From positions 143,984 through 207,983 of the forward strand of contig JAJDCA010000014.1 of NCBI GenBank assembly GCA_029261055.1: a stretch of DNA of 64,000 nt, written 5' to 3'. Numbering within the stretch: the stretch's first letter is position 1; every line of letters starts with the position of its first letter. The notes beneath the pieces were generated by a model. It had not been told where the DNA came from, ran no database searches, and saw only the letters and a list, made by a program, of their open reading frames with translations. Made by a program: the position numbers and the translations under genes. Below are positions 9,232-18,271 of this stretch, piece by piece. Source of the stretch: Candidatus Omnitrophota bacterium (GTDB lineage: Bacteria > Omnitrophota > Gorgyraeia > Zapsychrales > Zapsychraceae).

Positions 9232-10752
9232 ATGAAAAAGAGTGAAAAACATTTAGGCGTATTTTGGGGCCATAAATCTATCTATTTGGTCGAATCCTCT
9301 CAGGAAAACCCTCAGAAAATATTTTCTGTTCCTTTTTTCCAAGGTGATCAAGAGCCTATGGGGGCTGATATTTTGGGTGTGGCAGGCTCATCGTTTGCAG
9401 TTTTGATACAAGAGTCTTTACGTACGAATAAAATTTCGCCGTGCACTGTTAATTTATCTTTATCTACGAAGGATATTATTTTTCGTTCTTTTGTCATTCC
9501 ATGGATGTCATCCAGTGAAATTAGAGCCGTGGTGGAATTTGAGGGAAGCAAATATGTTCCGTTTGCTTTGGAAGAACTTTCCTATTCGTACCATGCCAGC
9601 ACATTTATAGACGATGGGACAAAACGCATACGGATTATTTTTGTCGCCATAAAAAAAGATACATTAGAGGAATACATAAAAGTGTTGGAACAGGCCTCTT
9701 TGGAGGTTGATCTTACCGAGCCCGCTTCTTTAAGTCTTATGCGCGCGTTAACACTCAAGAATTTAATTCCTCAAGATCAAACGGTAGCTATTTTAGAAAA
9801 AAGTGAAGTCGCGGGAAGAATTACTATCGTTGATCAAGGCGTTCCCCAATTTGTAAGAGAGGTTTTGTTAAAATCCAGTTCTTCGGATCTTGGGGAGGAA
9901 AATTCAGATGATCTTGCCTTCAATTTTCTTAAAGAAATACGAATATCTTTAGATTATTTTAACCGTCAGGATAAACACCTGGAAGTTAAAAAAATTATTT
10001 TAATCACAGAGAATCCCCCAGAAAGTTTATCCAAATATCTAGAAAGTGACCTTGCCATACCTGTTGTTGCATTTAGTGCACAATCTATTTTGGGGGATGA
10101 AAATTTTAGTGAAATAGACTTTCTTAATGCTTATGGCGTTGGGCTAAATGATGATGTGAATTCACAGGTGGCGTTTTCTCTTTCTCAAAAAAAAATAAAA
10201 CCGCTTAGCTTAGCCGATGTAAGTATTAAAAATATAGCTAACTTTAAAGTTTCGATCATCTCTGTGATTATTTTTATCTTAGTTATTGCCGGTGTTTTTA
10301 TTTTTTCTAACAAAGTCTTGGCAGAGCCTAAAAGCAAAATAGAGGGATTGAATCAAGAATTAGGAAGTTTTAAAGATTTTTCTACAGAAAGCTTAAAAAA
10401 ACAAAATCAAGAAATAAGTTTAAAATTAACGGGTTTTAAAAATGTTCAGATGAGAAATGAAGTGGCCTCTTTTTTAAAAATTATCCCAGGGTTGCTTCCG
10501 GAAGGGACATGGATTAAGGATTTTAATTTGGTTTTTCCTAAAACATCAGAAAAAAGGCTGGCCTTAAATTTTTCTGGATATGTTTATTCAGAAAATATTA
10601 ATGAGCAGTTTAGGGTGGTTAATAAATTATTGGAAAGCTTGAAAGCGAATAAAGGTTTTTCTGAATACTTTGAGAATATTGATCTTAAGAAAATGAATTC
10701 TGAAAGGCTACATAATCATGAGGTAACCTTTTTTAAGGTGCAATGCCAGTGA
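9232..10752 (+). CDS. Fused PilM-PilN (GspL-like architecture) pilus assembly protein
   Basis: N-terminal PilM actin-like region (FRSFVIP, EGSKYVPF, EIRISLDYF), one TM helix near aa 340-360, C-terminal PilN-like domain (LPEGTWIKDF, FSGYVYS). Confidence 0.75.
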   Translation: MKKSEKHLGVFWGHKSIYLVESSQENPQKIFSVPFFQGDQEPMGADILGVAGSSFAVLIQESLRTNKISPCTVNLSLSTKDIIFRSFVIPWMSSSEIRAVVEFEGSKYVPFALEELSYSYHASTFIDDGTKRIRIIFVAIKKDTLEEYIKVLEQASLEVDLTEPASLSLMRALTLKNLIPQDQTVAILEKSEVAGRITIVDQGVPQFVREVLLKSSSSDLGEENSDDLAFNFLKEIRISLDYFNRQDKHLEVKKIILITENPPESLSKYLESDLAIPVVAFSAQSILGDENFSEIDFLNAYGVGLNDDVNSQVAFSLSQKKIKPLSLADVSIKNIANFKVSIISVIIFILVIAGVFIFSNKVLAEPKSKIEGLNQELGSFKDFSTESLKKQNQEISLKLTGFKNVQMRNEVASFLKIIPGLLPEGTWIKDFNLVFPKTSEKRLALNFSGYVYSENINEQFRVVNKLLESLKANKGFSEYFENIDLKKMNSERLHNHEVTFFKVQCQ

Positions 10753-10801
10753 CACTGCGTAACATAAAATATAAATATGTGAATCGAAGCATGAGAGTCT
10801 A

Positions 10802-11407
10802 ATGAATATTAAAGAACTAAGCCAATTTGACGTTAAAGATTTTAAAAATATTGATTTTGAAGAAATTAAGGAGCGTTTTCTTAGCCGGCCAGACTATGCT
10901 ATTGGCGGAACAATCCTTATTGTCGCATTATTTTTGACTTTAACAGTTTACAATAAATATAAATCAGAAAAGGCACATTTAAATCAGCAAATACCTCTTC
11001 TTATTGAAAAATTAGAGGTGGTTGAACATCATAAGAAAATTAAAAAAGAATATGAGGGCTTTGTAAATAGTTTTCCATCTTTTGTTGTTTACGATAAAAT
11101 TATCAATTTATTTTCTAAGATAGCGGCTAAGCACCGCGTTCAAATTACGTCATTTTCTCCAGCTAAACGCGAAGATAATGAATTCATCAGGATGACACAA
11201 GTAACAATGAATGTTACTACAAAAAATTACGATGATTTAGTAAGTTTTATGGAAGCTGTTGGAAATATTTCGGAGGCTCTTAGGCTTACCCATTGGTCTG
11301 GCGGGATGAGGACAGTACAGAGTACTCGCCGGAGGCAACAAACAACAGGTGAAAAAACTATCTGGGCAAATTTTTCAATCGAGGCTGTCCAATTAATTGA
11401 TGAATAA
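10802..11407 (+). CDS. pilO: PilO-like pilus assembly protein
   Basis: TM helix, coiled coil, AAKHRVQITSFSP and YDDLVSFMEAV ferredoxin-like motif; operon position. Confidence 0.7.
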   Translation: MNIKELSQFDVKDFKNIDFEEIKERFLSRPDYAIGGTILIVALFLTLTVYNKYKSEKAHLNQQIPLLIEKLEVVEHHKKIKKEYEGFVNSFPSFVVYDKIINLFSKIAAKHRVQITSFSPAKREDNEFIRMTQVTMNVTTKNYDDLVSFMEAVGNISEALRLTHWSGGMRTVQSTRRRQQTTGEKTIWANFSIEAVQLIDE

Positions 11408-11822
11408 AATAATCTTTCAATTTTTGATTCTATGTGTGGTATTGTTTATTTCAACAGGGGATGTCCGTGCAGAGAAATATTTAAATCCGTTTAAATCAAG
11501 GTTGCCGGCAATCAAAATACTACCCAAAAAAGGGTTGGATACTACGTCTAGGCCTCATCAGAATGATTTTCGTCCTCAGGGACCTGATAATACTAAGAAT
11601 TTGATTCCGGTTCCACCACAACCGCAACCCGAACTGGAACCAAAGCTAATGCCGGAGCTAACGATTACAGGGCTCATTTGGAATTCGGATCGTCCGCAAG
11701 CGATTATTAATGCAGAAGTTGTAGGCATAGGAGATATTGTTTCAGAAGTGGAAATTATATCCATTAATAAAAAAGGTGTTGCTGTTTCTTTTGATGGCAG
11801 AACAATAACAATAAGTCCATAA
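11397..11822 (+). CDS. PilP/GspB-like protein
   Basis: Signal/TM helix, NPF motif, Pro-rich linker, LTITGLIWNSDRPQAIINAEVVGIGD. Confidence 0.65.
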   Translation: MMNKIIFQFLILCVVLFISTGDVRAEKYLNPFKSRLPAIKILPKKGLDTTSRPHQNDFRPQGPDNTKNLIPVPPQPQPELEPKLMPELTITGLIWNSDRPQAIINAEVVGIGDIVSEVEIISINKKGVAVSFDGRTITISP

Positions 11823-11939
11823 ATGTTAGGGCTGTAAATTATTTGCAATTTTTTACACTTTTTTAGGTCATAAATTTGGCATTCTTGAAATGAAAAAGTC
11901 ATAATGTGTGACCTAATAAAGTTTATCTGGAGGGATTTT

Positions 11940-13508
11940 ATGAAAATAAAGAAAATGATAAAGCTTTTATTGCCTGCAATATTTTTATCTTTTTTAACCT
12001 TTTCAAATGCGTCTGCTTTGTATTTGGATGATCTGATTTATGAAGTAGATAATTCTAAAAAGATTTCCATGGATTTTAAAAATGCTTTATTAAATGATGT
12101 TTTAAAAATTTTTTCTCAACAGTCGGGATTAAATTTTATTGCGACTAATGATATTTCTGAAAAGACGGTTAATTTGTATCTTGATCAAGTCCCGGTTGAG
12201 GAGGCGTTAGAGCGTATTTTATCTGCAAATGATTTAACTTATGAGATAAAGGCTGGAAGCAATGTATTTGTTGTTAAGGCTTTAGACAAACCGGCCAAAC
12301 ACCTTATGACGCGTGTTTATCATTTAAAACATGCCACCGTCCCGTCTTCAAAATTAAATTCAACATTGTCAGGATTTGACAGTGGTGGTGGATCAGACTC
12401 AGGTGGTGGCGGAGAAGAAGGTGGGGAATCTGGTGGGGGGGAATCTGGTGGAGCTGAAGGAGAAAGTGGAGGTTCCTCCGGTGGATCTTCCGGAGGAGGT
12501 CTTGTCGATGCCGTTAGTGCCATTTTAACGGGAGACGGCAAGATTGTTGAGGACCCCAGGACAAACAGTTTAATTATTACAGATATTCCTTCGATGTTTC
12601 CGATGATTGAACAGACCATAGCTCGGTTAGATACCCGAAATCCTCAAATCCTTATTGAAGCAGAGATGTTGGATATTTCTAAGAATGCCACAGATGAATT
12701 AGGCGCTAAATTTGGGAAAGAGGCTGTAAATTTTCATGGAGCTTCTAAGCAATCGGTATTCCCTTTTGATAGTGGAAGTGTCCTTCGGTCACATGATTTT
12801 GCAACGCCCAAGTATACAGCCAGTAAAATATCTTTCGAAAATCTTAATTTTGTTGTAGAGTTTTTACGAAAGCAAACGGATACGAGAAATTTAGCCCGAC
12901 CGCGTATATTAACATTAAATAACGAAACAGCAGAAATTAATATTAAAACAGATGAGACCATAGGTGTGACGACTACAGCAGATTCTTCTGGTGATGGAAC
13001 CAGCTCTCTTGAGACTGTGGAAGCCGAACGTGCGGAAACAGGTGTTACTTTAAAAGTCACGCCTCAGGCGAATATTGAAACGAGGGAAATCATCATGGCT
13101 ATTGAGCCAAAGGTTATTCAGGCTAGAGCAGTATCAAGTGAATTTGAAGTATTTGGGGCTTTTAAAGATCCTGAAGAGCGCGGAGCCAAGGCTATACTAC
13201 GTGTCAGGGATGGAGATACTATTGTTATCGGAGGTTTGTTACGAACCGATATTAATCAAACAAAAACAAAAGTTCCTCTCGTAAGTAGAGTCCCTATTTT
13301 GGGGATGGCTTTTCGGCATAAAAATAAGACAGAAATACAACGTGAGTTGATTATTTTTATCACACCGCATATTCTTGATGAGGCAGTTGCTTTGCATTCT
13401 CAATCTTCTGACAGTTTTCAGAAGATTGTTCGTGAGCAGGATATTCCAAATAAAAAACTTGATCAAATAAACAAAGATTTGTCGTATATTGAAAAAAATA
13501 GATATTAA
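11940..13508 (+). CDS. pilQ: Secretin (PilQ/GspD family)
   Basis: ISMDFKNA N0 domain, DPRTNSLIITD N3, QILIEAEM, LARPRILTLNNETA, IVIGGLL, KVPLVSRVPILGMAFR, RELIIFITPHI; start moved to ATG 11940 after GGAGG. Confidence 0.93.
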   Translation: MKIKKMIKLLLPAIFLSFLTFSNASALYLDDLIYEVDNSKKISMDFKNALLNDVLKIFSQQSGLNFIATNDISEKTVNLYLDQVPVEEALERILSANDLTYEIKAGSNVFVVKALDKPAKHLMTRVYHLKHATVPSSKLNSTLSGFDSGGGSDSGGGGEEGGESGGGESGGAEGESGGSSGGSSGGGLVDAVSAILTGDGKIVEDPRTNSLIITDIPSMFPMIEQTIARLDTRNPQILIEAEMLDISKNATDELGAKFGKEAVNFHGASKQSVFPFDSGSVLRSHDFATPKYTASKISFENLNFVVEFLRKQTDTRNLARPRILTLNNETAEINIKTDETIGVTTTADSSGDGTSSLETVEAERAETGVTLKVTPQANIETREIIMAIEPKVIQARAVSSEFEVFGAFKDPEERGAKAILRVRDGDTIVIGGLLRTDINQTKTKVPLVSRVPILGMAFRHKNKTEIQRELIIFITPHILDEAVALHSQSSDSFQKIVREQDIPNKKLDQINKDLSYIEKNRY

Positions 13509-13556
13509 TAGGAATTACGTAATAATAATTTTTACGCAATTCTCTAAGGAGCAAAA

Positions 13557-15299
13557 ATGGCACATTTAAAATTAGGCGAGATTTTAATTAAGCAAGGACT
13601 CATAACCGAAAATCAGCTTGAAGAGGCCATAGAGATCCAGAAAAAAGATAAAGGGCGTATTGGGGAAATTTTAATTAAGCAGGGGATTATCAGTGAAGAA
13701 AATATGAATGCAGCTTTAGGGACACAGTTAGGGATGCCATATTACACTTCGGATAAACCTGAACTGCTCACGCCTCAACCAGATCAAGGTTTAGAAAAAA
13801 TTGTTCCACCGGATTTTGCCACAAAGAATGGAATTTTACCTTTATCTAAGCAATTGAATTCTTTAACGTGTGCCGTTGTCGATCCATTAGATCTTCTTAT
13901 GTTGGATAATTTAAAAATAATTACAGGTTGTGAAATTAACCCTGTCATTGCTACACGCTCAGCTATTCAAGAAGCAACCAGGGATTTTTACTTTTCAAAA
14001 TCGTCAGATTCAGGAATGCCGACAATGCTGGATAGGGCTGTTGAGAGATCGCATTCAGAAAAAAAGACGGCGGAAATTCTTACACCGCAAAGAAAAACTC
14101 AGGCTACTGCAGAGCTTAGCTTAGATAAGCTTATTGCCCAGGCAGGCGAAGCGCCTGTTATTAAGCTGGTTGATTTAATCATCCGTCAGGCTATTGATGA
14201 AGGGGCTAGTGATATTCATATTGAACCTTTTGAAGATAAAATTTTCTTGCGGTACAGGATTGATGGGCATCTTTACAATATTCCTCCGCCAGCAGCGCAT
14301 TTGCATTTACCTATTGTGTCACGAATAAAAATTTTAGCCAAACTCGATATTGCAGAAAAACGCCTTCCACAAGATGGGGCTATTACGGCTAAATTGGAGG
14401 AGCGATTGGTTGACCTCCGTGTTTCTACGATTCCCACAGTTTGGGGTGAAAAAGTGGTTATGCGTATTTTAGACAAGGGAGCTGTGCCGTTAGAATTAAC
14501 CGGTTTAGGGTTTGACCAAAAACAAATAGATATATTGCGCAAGTCATTGAGTGCACCGTATGGATTGTTTTTTGTCACAGGACCGACAGGGAGTGGGAAA
14601 TCAACTTCTTTGTATGCGGCTGTTAATGAAACGATTGATCCTCGGAAAAATATTATTACGGTAGAGGATCCTGTTGAATATAAAATTGAAGGGATTAATC
14701 AGGTAAATGTTAAGCCAGACATTGGGTTAACCTTTGCAACGGCGCTTAAGGCGTTTTTGCGTCAGGATCCGGATGTTATTATGGTTGGGGAAACGCGAGA
14801 CTTGGAAACAGCTTCTATTTGTGTGCGAGCAGCTTTGACAGGACATTTTGTTTTGAGTACCTTGCATACGAATGATGCAGCCTCAGCCATATCGCGCCTT
14901 ATTGATATTGGCGTCCCTAATTATTTATTAACCCCGTCTTTAGTGATGATTATGGCTCAGCGTTTGGTTCGCAAACTTTGTCCGGAATGCAAGGAGGCTT
15001 ATGAGCCTACAGAAGAACAGCATGGAGGGATTAAATTTAAGAGTGACTTAGTCTATCGTGCCAAGGGATGCGACAAATGTAAACAATCTGGATACAAGGG
15101 AAGACTTGTTGTTGCAGAAGTTCTTTTGGTCAATGATGACATCCGGACATTAATATCGCAAGAAGCAACGTCAGGAGCTATTAAAGATGCCGCCAGGAAA
15201 AATGGGATGGTGACAATTTTTGAATCAGCGCTTAAGTTGGTTGAAAAAGGTATCAGCAGTTATGAAGAGGCCTGTCGTGTTAGTGTTGATGGACAATAA
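13557..15299 (+). CDS. pilB: Type IV pilus/T2SS assembly ATPase with N-terminal MshEN domain
   Basis: ASDIHIEP, GPTGSGKST, EDPVEY, LRQDPDVIMVGETRD, STLHTN, Zn-binding Cys; N-terminal KLGEILIKQGLIT..QLEEAIEIQ / RIGEILIKQGII. Confidence 0.95.
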   Translation: MAHLKLGEILIKQGLITENQLEEAIEIQKKDKGRIGEILIKQGIISEENMNAALGTQLGMPYYTSDKPELLTPQPDQGLEKIVPPDFATKNGILPLSKQLNSLTCAVVDPLDLLMLDNLKIITGCEINPVIATRSAIQEATRDFYFSKSSDSGMPTMLDRAVERSHSEKKTAEILTPQRKTQATAELSLDKLIAQAGEAPVIKLVDLIIRQAIDEGASDIHIEPFEDKIFLRYRIDGHLYNIPPPAAHLHLPIVSRIKILAKLDIAEKRLPQDGAITAKLEERLVDLRVSTIPTVWGEKVVMRILDKGAVPLELTGLGFDQKQIDILRKSLSAPYGLFFVTGPTGSGKSTSLYAAVNETIDPRKNIITVEDPVEYKIEGINQVNVKPDIGLTFATALKAFLRQDPDVIMVGETRDLETASICVRAALTGHFVLSTLHTNDAASAISRLIDIGVPNYLLTPSLVMIMAQRLVRKLCPECKEAYEPTEEQHGGIKFKSDLVYRAKGCDKCKQSGYKGRLVVAEVLLVNDDIRTLISQEATSGAIKDAARKNGMVTIFESALKLVEKGISSYEEACRVSVDGQ

Positions 15300-15325
15300 G
15301 CTAGTACTTAAAAAGGGAACAAAAA

Positions 15326-16558
15326 ATGCCGAAATTTTCTTTTGTAGTTAAGGATCAAGAGGGGAAAGCTTACAAAAATATTGTCGAAGCTGGGAGTCAG
15401 GCTGAACTCGTTGATAAACTTCAGAAACAAGGCTATTTTATTGTTAATATTAAAGAGCATGGTATATCAGCAAGGCCGCAAAAACCAGTTCAGGCAAATG
15501 TTAAAAAGAAATTTGGTCATACGAAAGTTAAGTTAGAGGATTTGTTAACTTTTTCCCGTCAGATGGCGACTATGCTTGAATCTGGGGTTACATTAAGCCG
15601 CAGTTTAGGCGTTATTAAAGCTCAAGTTGAAAGTCAGAAATTATATAACGTTTTAAATGAGGTGCATGCAAGTATTGAGGAGGGGGGATCATTAAGTCAG
15701 GCCTTGGGAAAACATCCTACAGTTTTTAACCAATTTTGGGTTAGTCTCATAGAAGTCGGTGAAGCTTCAGGAACCATTCCGAGTGTATTAGGAAAATTGG
15801 CTTTTTATATGGAGCAGCAGGCAGCATTTAAATCTACAGTTATTTCTGCTATTATTTATCCCGCTATTTTGTTTGCTGTTTCTATGGGGGCTATCAGTTT
15901 TTTTGCTCTTTTTGTTGGCCCAAAATTTGAAGAAATTTTTATTTCTATGAAAACCGAGCTACCTATAGTTACAAAGGTTTTATTGGGACTCTTTAGATTC
16001 TTAAGGTCAAATTTATTGGTGATTACTGGGGTGGTTATTGGGTTTGTTATGGCGTTAAAGTTTTATATACGGACATATCGCGGAAGGCTTCTTTTTGAGA
16101 AACTTGTATTTCGTTTGCCTGCAATAGGGGAAGTGTATAAACAAATTATTGTTGAGAGGTTTGCTTCTCAAATGTCTCTTTTGATTGATGCGGGGGTGCC
16201 TATTCTTTATGCGTTAGATATTGCGGAAAGACTAGTAGATAATAATGTTTGTGCTCTTATTATTAATAATGTGAAAGAAAAGGTCCGGGAAGGTGAGCTT
16301 CTCATGGCCCCGATGGAGCGGAGTGGATTTTTTCCTCCTATGTGTGTCCAGATGATTATGGTGGGGGAAGAAACAGGAGAATTGAGTAAAATGTTTAAGC
16401 ATGTAGCTGCATACTATCAAGATACCGTTTCGACATTTATGAAGCGTTTTGCCACCATTATTGAACCGCTTATGCTGGTTTTTATGGGGGCCATAATCGG
16501 AACTATTGTTGTAGCTATGTTTATGCCAATGTTCAATCTTTCTCAGATAGGAGGGTAA
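15326..16558 (+). CDS. pilC: Type IV pilus/T2SS inner-membrane platform protein
   Basis: FSRQMATMLESGV, GEASG, YPAIL, GEETGEL, IEPLMLVFMG motifs. Confidence 0.95.
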   Translation: MPKFSFVVKDQEGKAYKNIVEAGSQAELVDKLQKQGYFIVNIKEHGISARPQKPVQANVKKKFGHTKVKLEDLLTFSRQMATMLESGVTLSRSLGVIKAQVESQKLYNVLNEVHASIEEGGSLSQALGKHPTVFNQFWVSLIEVGEASGTIPSVLGKLAFYMEQQAAFKSTVISAIIYPAILFAVSMGAISFFALFVGPKFEEIFISMKTELPIVTKVLLGLFRFLRSNLLVITGVVIGFVMALKFYIRTYRGRLLFEKLVFRLPAIGEVYKQIIVERFASQMSLLIDAGVPILYALDIAERLVDNNVCALIINNVKEKVREGELLMAPMERSGFFPPMCVQMIMVGEETGELSKMFKHVAAYYQDTVSTFMKRFATIIEPLMLVFMGAIIGTIVVAMFMPMFNLSQIGG

Positions 16559-16577
16559 TAAAGTTTAGAAATTAATT

Positions 16578-16606
16578 TTGACATCGCAATATGCATATGG
16601 CATACT
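16578..16606 (+). promoter_or_regulatory. Sigma70-type promoter of riboswitch/pilin transcript
   Basis: TTGACA (16578-83), 17-nt spacer, TG-n-CATACT (16601-06), just upstream of the aptamer. Confidence 0.7.
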
Positions 16607-16624
16607 TCAAGTAGAGTAATAAGG

Positions 16625-16710
16625 GATAAACAAAGGTAAACTACCTGTGAGGGTGGGGCACAAAACTATAGGGTCCCAAGATTAGTGTTGGGATAGCCAA
16701 GTTGCTACCG
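16625..16710 (+). ncRNA. c-di-GMP-I (GEMM-I) riboswitch aptamer
   Basis: AAAGGTAAAC-TACCT-GTGA(GNRA)-GGGTGGGGCACAAAA-CTATAGGGTCCCAA..TTGGGATAGCCAAGTTGC matches the GEMM-I two-stem consensus with covarying pairs. Confidence 0.9.
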
Positions 16711-16735
16711 ATAAGTATCGGTGTGAATCATGTGG

Positions 16736-16773
16736 ACCTATTCTACGAAAGAGGTGGAATAGGTTTATTTTTT
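16736..16773 (+). terminator. Intrinsic terminator (riboswitch expression platform)
   Basis: ACCTATTCTAC-gaaagag-GTGGAATAGGT stem followed by TTATTTTTT, between aptamer and pilin start. Confidence 0.8.
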
Positions 16774-16850
16774 GGAAGGGAAGAAAAAGAGGACGTGAAA
16801 AGTAATAAAAACACAAATAAACATAAACACAAATTAGGAGGGAAGTAACA

Positions 16851-17279
16851 ATGGAATTGAGAAAATTAAAATCTAAAAAAAGTGGTTTTACATTACTGGA
16901 AATCATCGTGGTTATTATCATTGTTGGTGTTTTAGCTAGTTTAGCTTTACCGCGATTATTTAATACCATTGAACGAGCTCGATCGACAGAAGCATTTACA
17001 TCAATAGGCGTAATTCGTAAATCAGTTGAAAGATGTCTCTATCAAAATAATGCCGCTTTCTGTGGGAATATGACTAATTTAGATCTTCCTGATCCAGGGG
17101 CAATCCCAGGGGCGCATTTTACGTACACTATTGCTAATGTAGCTTTGCCGAACACTGTGACAGTAAAAGCTACACGTCTTGCTAATGTGGATGGTGGTGT
17201 TGCCACAGATTGGATTCAGCTTAAGGTGGATGGTACGGGTATTTTTCGAACCAGTACAACAATTTATGGTGTAAGATAA
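16851..17279 (+). CDS. Type IV pilin, probable major pilin
   Basis: KKSG|FTLLEIIVVIIIVGVLASLALP class III signal; strong AGGAGG RBS; first gene after the riboswitch. Confidence 0.9.
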   Translation: MELRKLKSKKSGFTLLEIIVVIIIVGVLASLALPRLFNTIERARSTEAFTSIGVIRKSVERCLYQNNAAFCGNMTNLDLPDPGAIPGAHFTYTIANVALPNTVTVKATRLANVDGGVATDWIQLKVDGTGIFRTSTTIYGVR

Positions 17280-17285
17280 AAAAGG

Positions 17286-17318
17286 TAAGGGGTCGGTGGA
17301 CTATCCATCGATCCCTTA
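17286..17318 (+). terminator. Strong stem-loop after first pilin (terminator or mRNA stabiliser)
   Basis: TAAGGGGTCGGTGGA-cta-TCCATCGATCCCTTA, 15-bp stem including G-U pairs; no clear U tract. Confidence 0.65.
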
Positions 17319-17328
17319 TATAAATTTT

Positions 17329-17778
17329 ATGACAAATAATAAATTAAAGATTTCGAAAAAAGGATTCACCTTGGGAGAATTAATGGTGGTGGTGGTGATT
17401 GTGGGCGTCCTTGTGTCCATCGCCGTACCACAATATGGTGCAGCCATTGAAAGGATGAGGGCAGCTGAGGGGATTCAGATTCTAACCTCCTATTTACACG
17501 CTCAAGAGAGTTTTCGGCTAAGAAATGGTGGGACTTATGCCACAAACCTTCAAATTAATCAATTAGATATAATTTTGCCAACAGGTGCTGGAAGCTATTT
17601 TAATGCGCCTACTATCGCTAGTGCTAATCCAATTGTTAGTATTGCACGAAATGGTACTCAAAATCCGACTCCAAATTATGCGCTTACGATTAGTTCAACA
17701 GGGATTGTTTCCTGTAACGATGGAGGTGCAATGACCACTTGTACAAGATTGGGCTGTTCTGCAGGTGTCTGTAATTAA
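17329..17778 (+). CDS. Type IV pilin (PilE-like)
   Basis: KKG|FTLGELMVVVVIVGVLVSIAVP; C-terminal Cys pairs; start moved to ATG 17329 because GTG 17296 lies in the hairpin. Confidence 0.88.
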   Translation: MTNNKLKISKKGFTLGELMVVVVIVGVLVSIAVPQYGAAIERMRAAEGIQILTSYLHAQESFRLRNGGTYATNLQINQLDIILPTGAGSYFNAPTIASANPIVSIARNGTQNPTPNYALTISSTGIVSCNDGGAMTTCTRLGCSAGVCN

Positions 17779-17808
17779 GCTAAAAATATTGAAGGGAATG
17801 TTAAGATT

Positions 17809-18246
17809 ATGATAATAAATTTTGTGAAAAGAAAGAAAGCCTTTACAATTACAGAACTTATGGTTTCAGTCATCATTATTGGGGTTATTGCTGGATTTGC
17901 GATACCTGATTATTTACGGTCAGTGCGGCGTGCTCATCAACAAGATATGTCTATGCAGCTCACGGCCTTGCATGCAGCGAGTATGATTTATCAATCTCAG
18001 AATGGAACATTTCTTGTAGAGACTAGTTTGCCATTAAATGGAACACCATCTATTAATAACGATTTGGGCATTAATATTATTTCTACAGATGGGACAAATT
18101 ATTCGTACACAAGTGATGGAACTAATTTTACAGCCACAGCAATTTGGAATTTTTCAACTGGCCCAGTAACTTTTCAAGTAGACCAAAGACCTATTTCAAC
18201 AACATCTGTTCCTCCGAATCCTCAATGTACGACAAACTGTTTATAG
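17809..18246 (+). CDS. Type IV pilin-like protein
   Basis: KKA|FTITELMVSVIIIGVIAGFAIP; C-terminal CxxxC. Confidence 0.88.
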   Translation: MIINFVKRKKAFTITELMVSVIIIGVIAGFAIPDYLRSVRRAHQQDMSMQLTALHAASMIYQSQNGTFLVETSLPLNGTPSINNDLGINIISTDGTNYSYTSDGTNFTATAIWNFSTGPVTFQVDQRPISTTSVPPNPQCTTNCL

Positions 18247-18271
18247 TGATTTTTGAAGGAAGAAAGAAAAT

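Noticed and set aside
12320-12619. Pro-rich minus-strand ORF resembling a TonB linker
   Set aside because: Shadow of the Gly-rich secretin loop on the opposite strand.
16625-16710. 3',3'-cGAMP (GEMM-Ib) riboswitch assignment
   Set aside because: The second stem resembles Geobacter-type aptamers, but the discriminating position (Vc2 G20 equivalent, 16635) is G, not A.
16682-16969. 95-aa minus-strand ORF
   Set aside because: Antisense to the riboswitch platform and pilin start; no recognisable motif.
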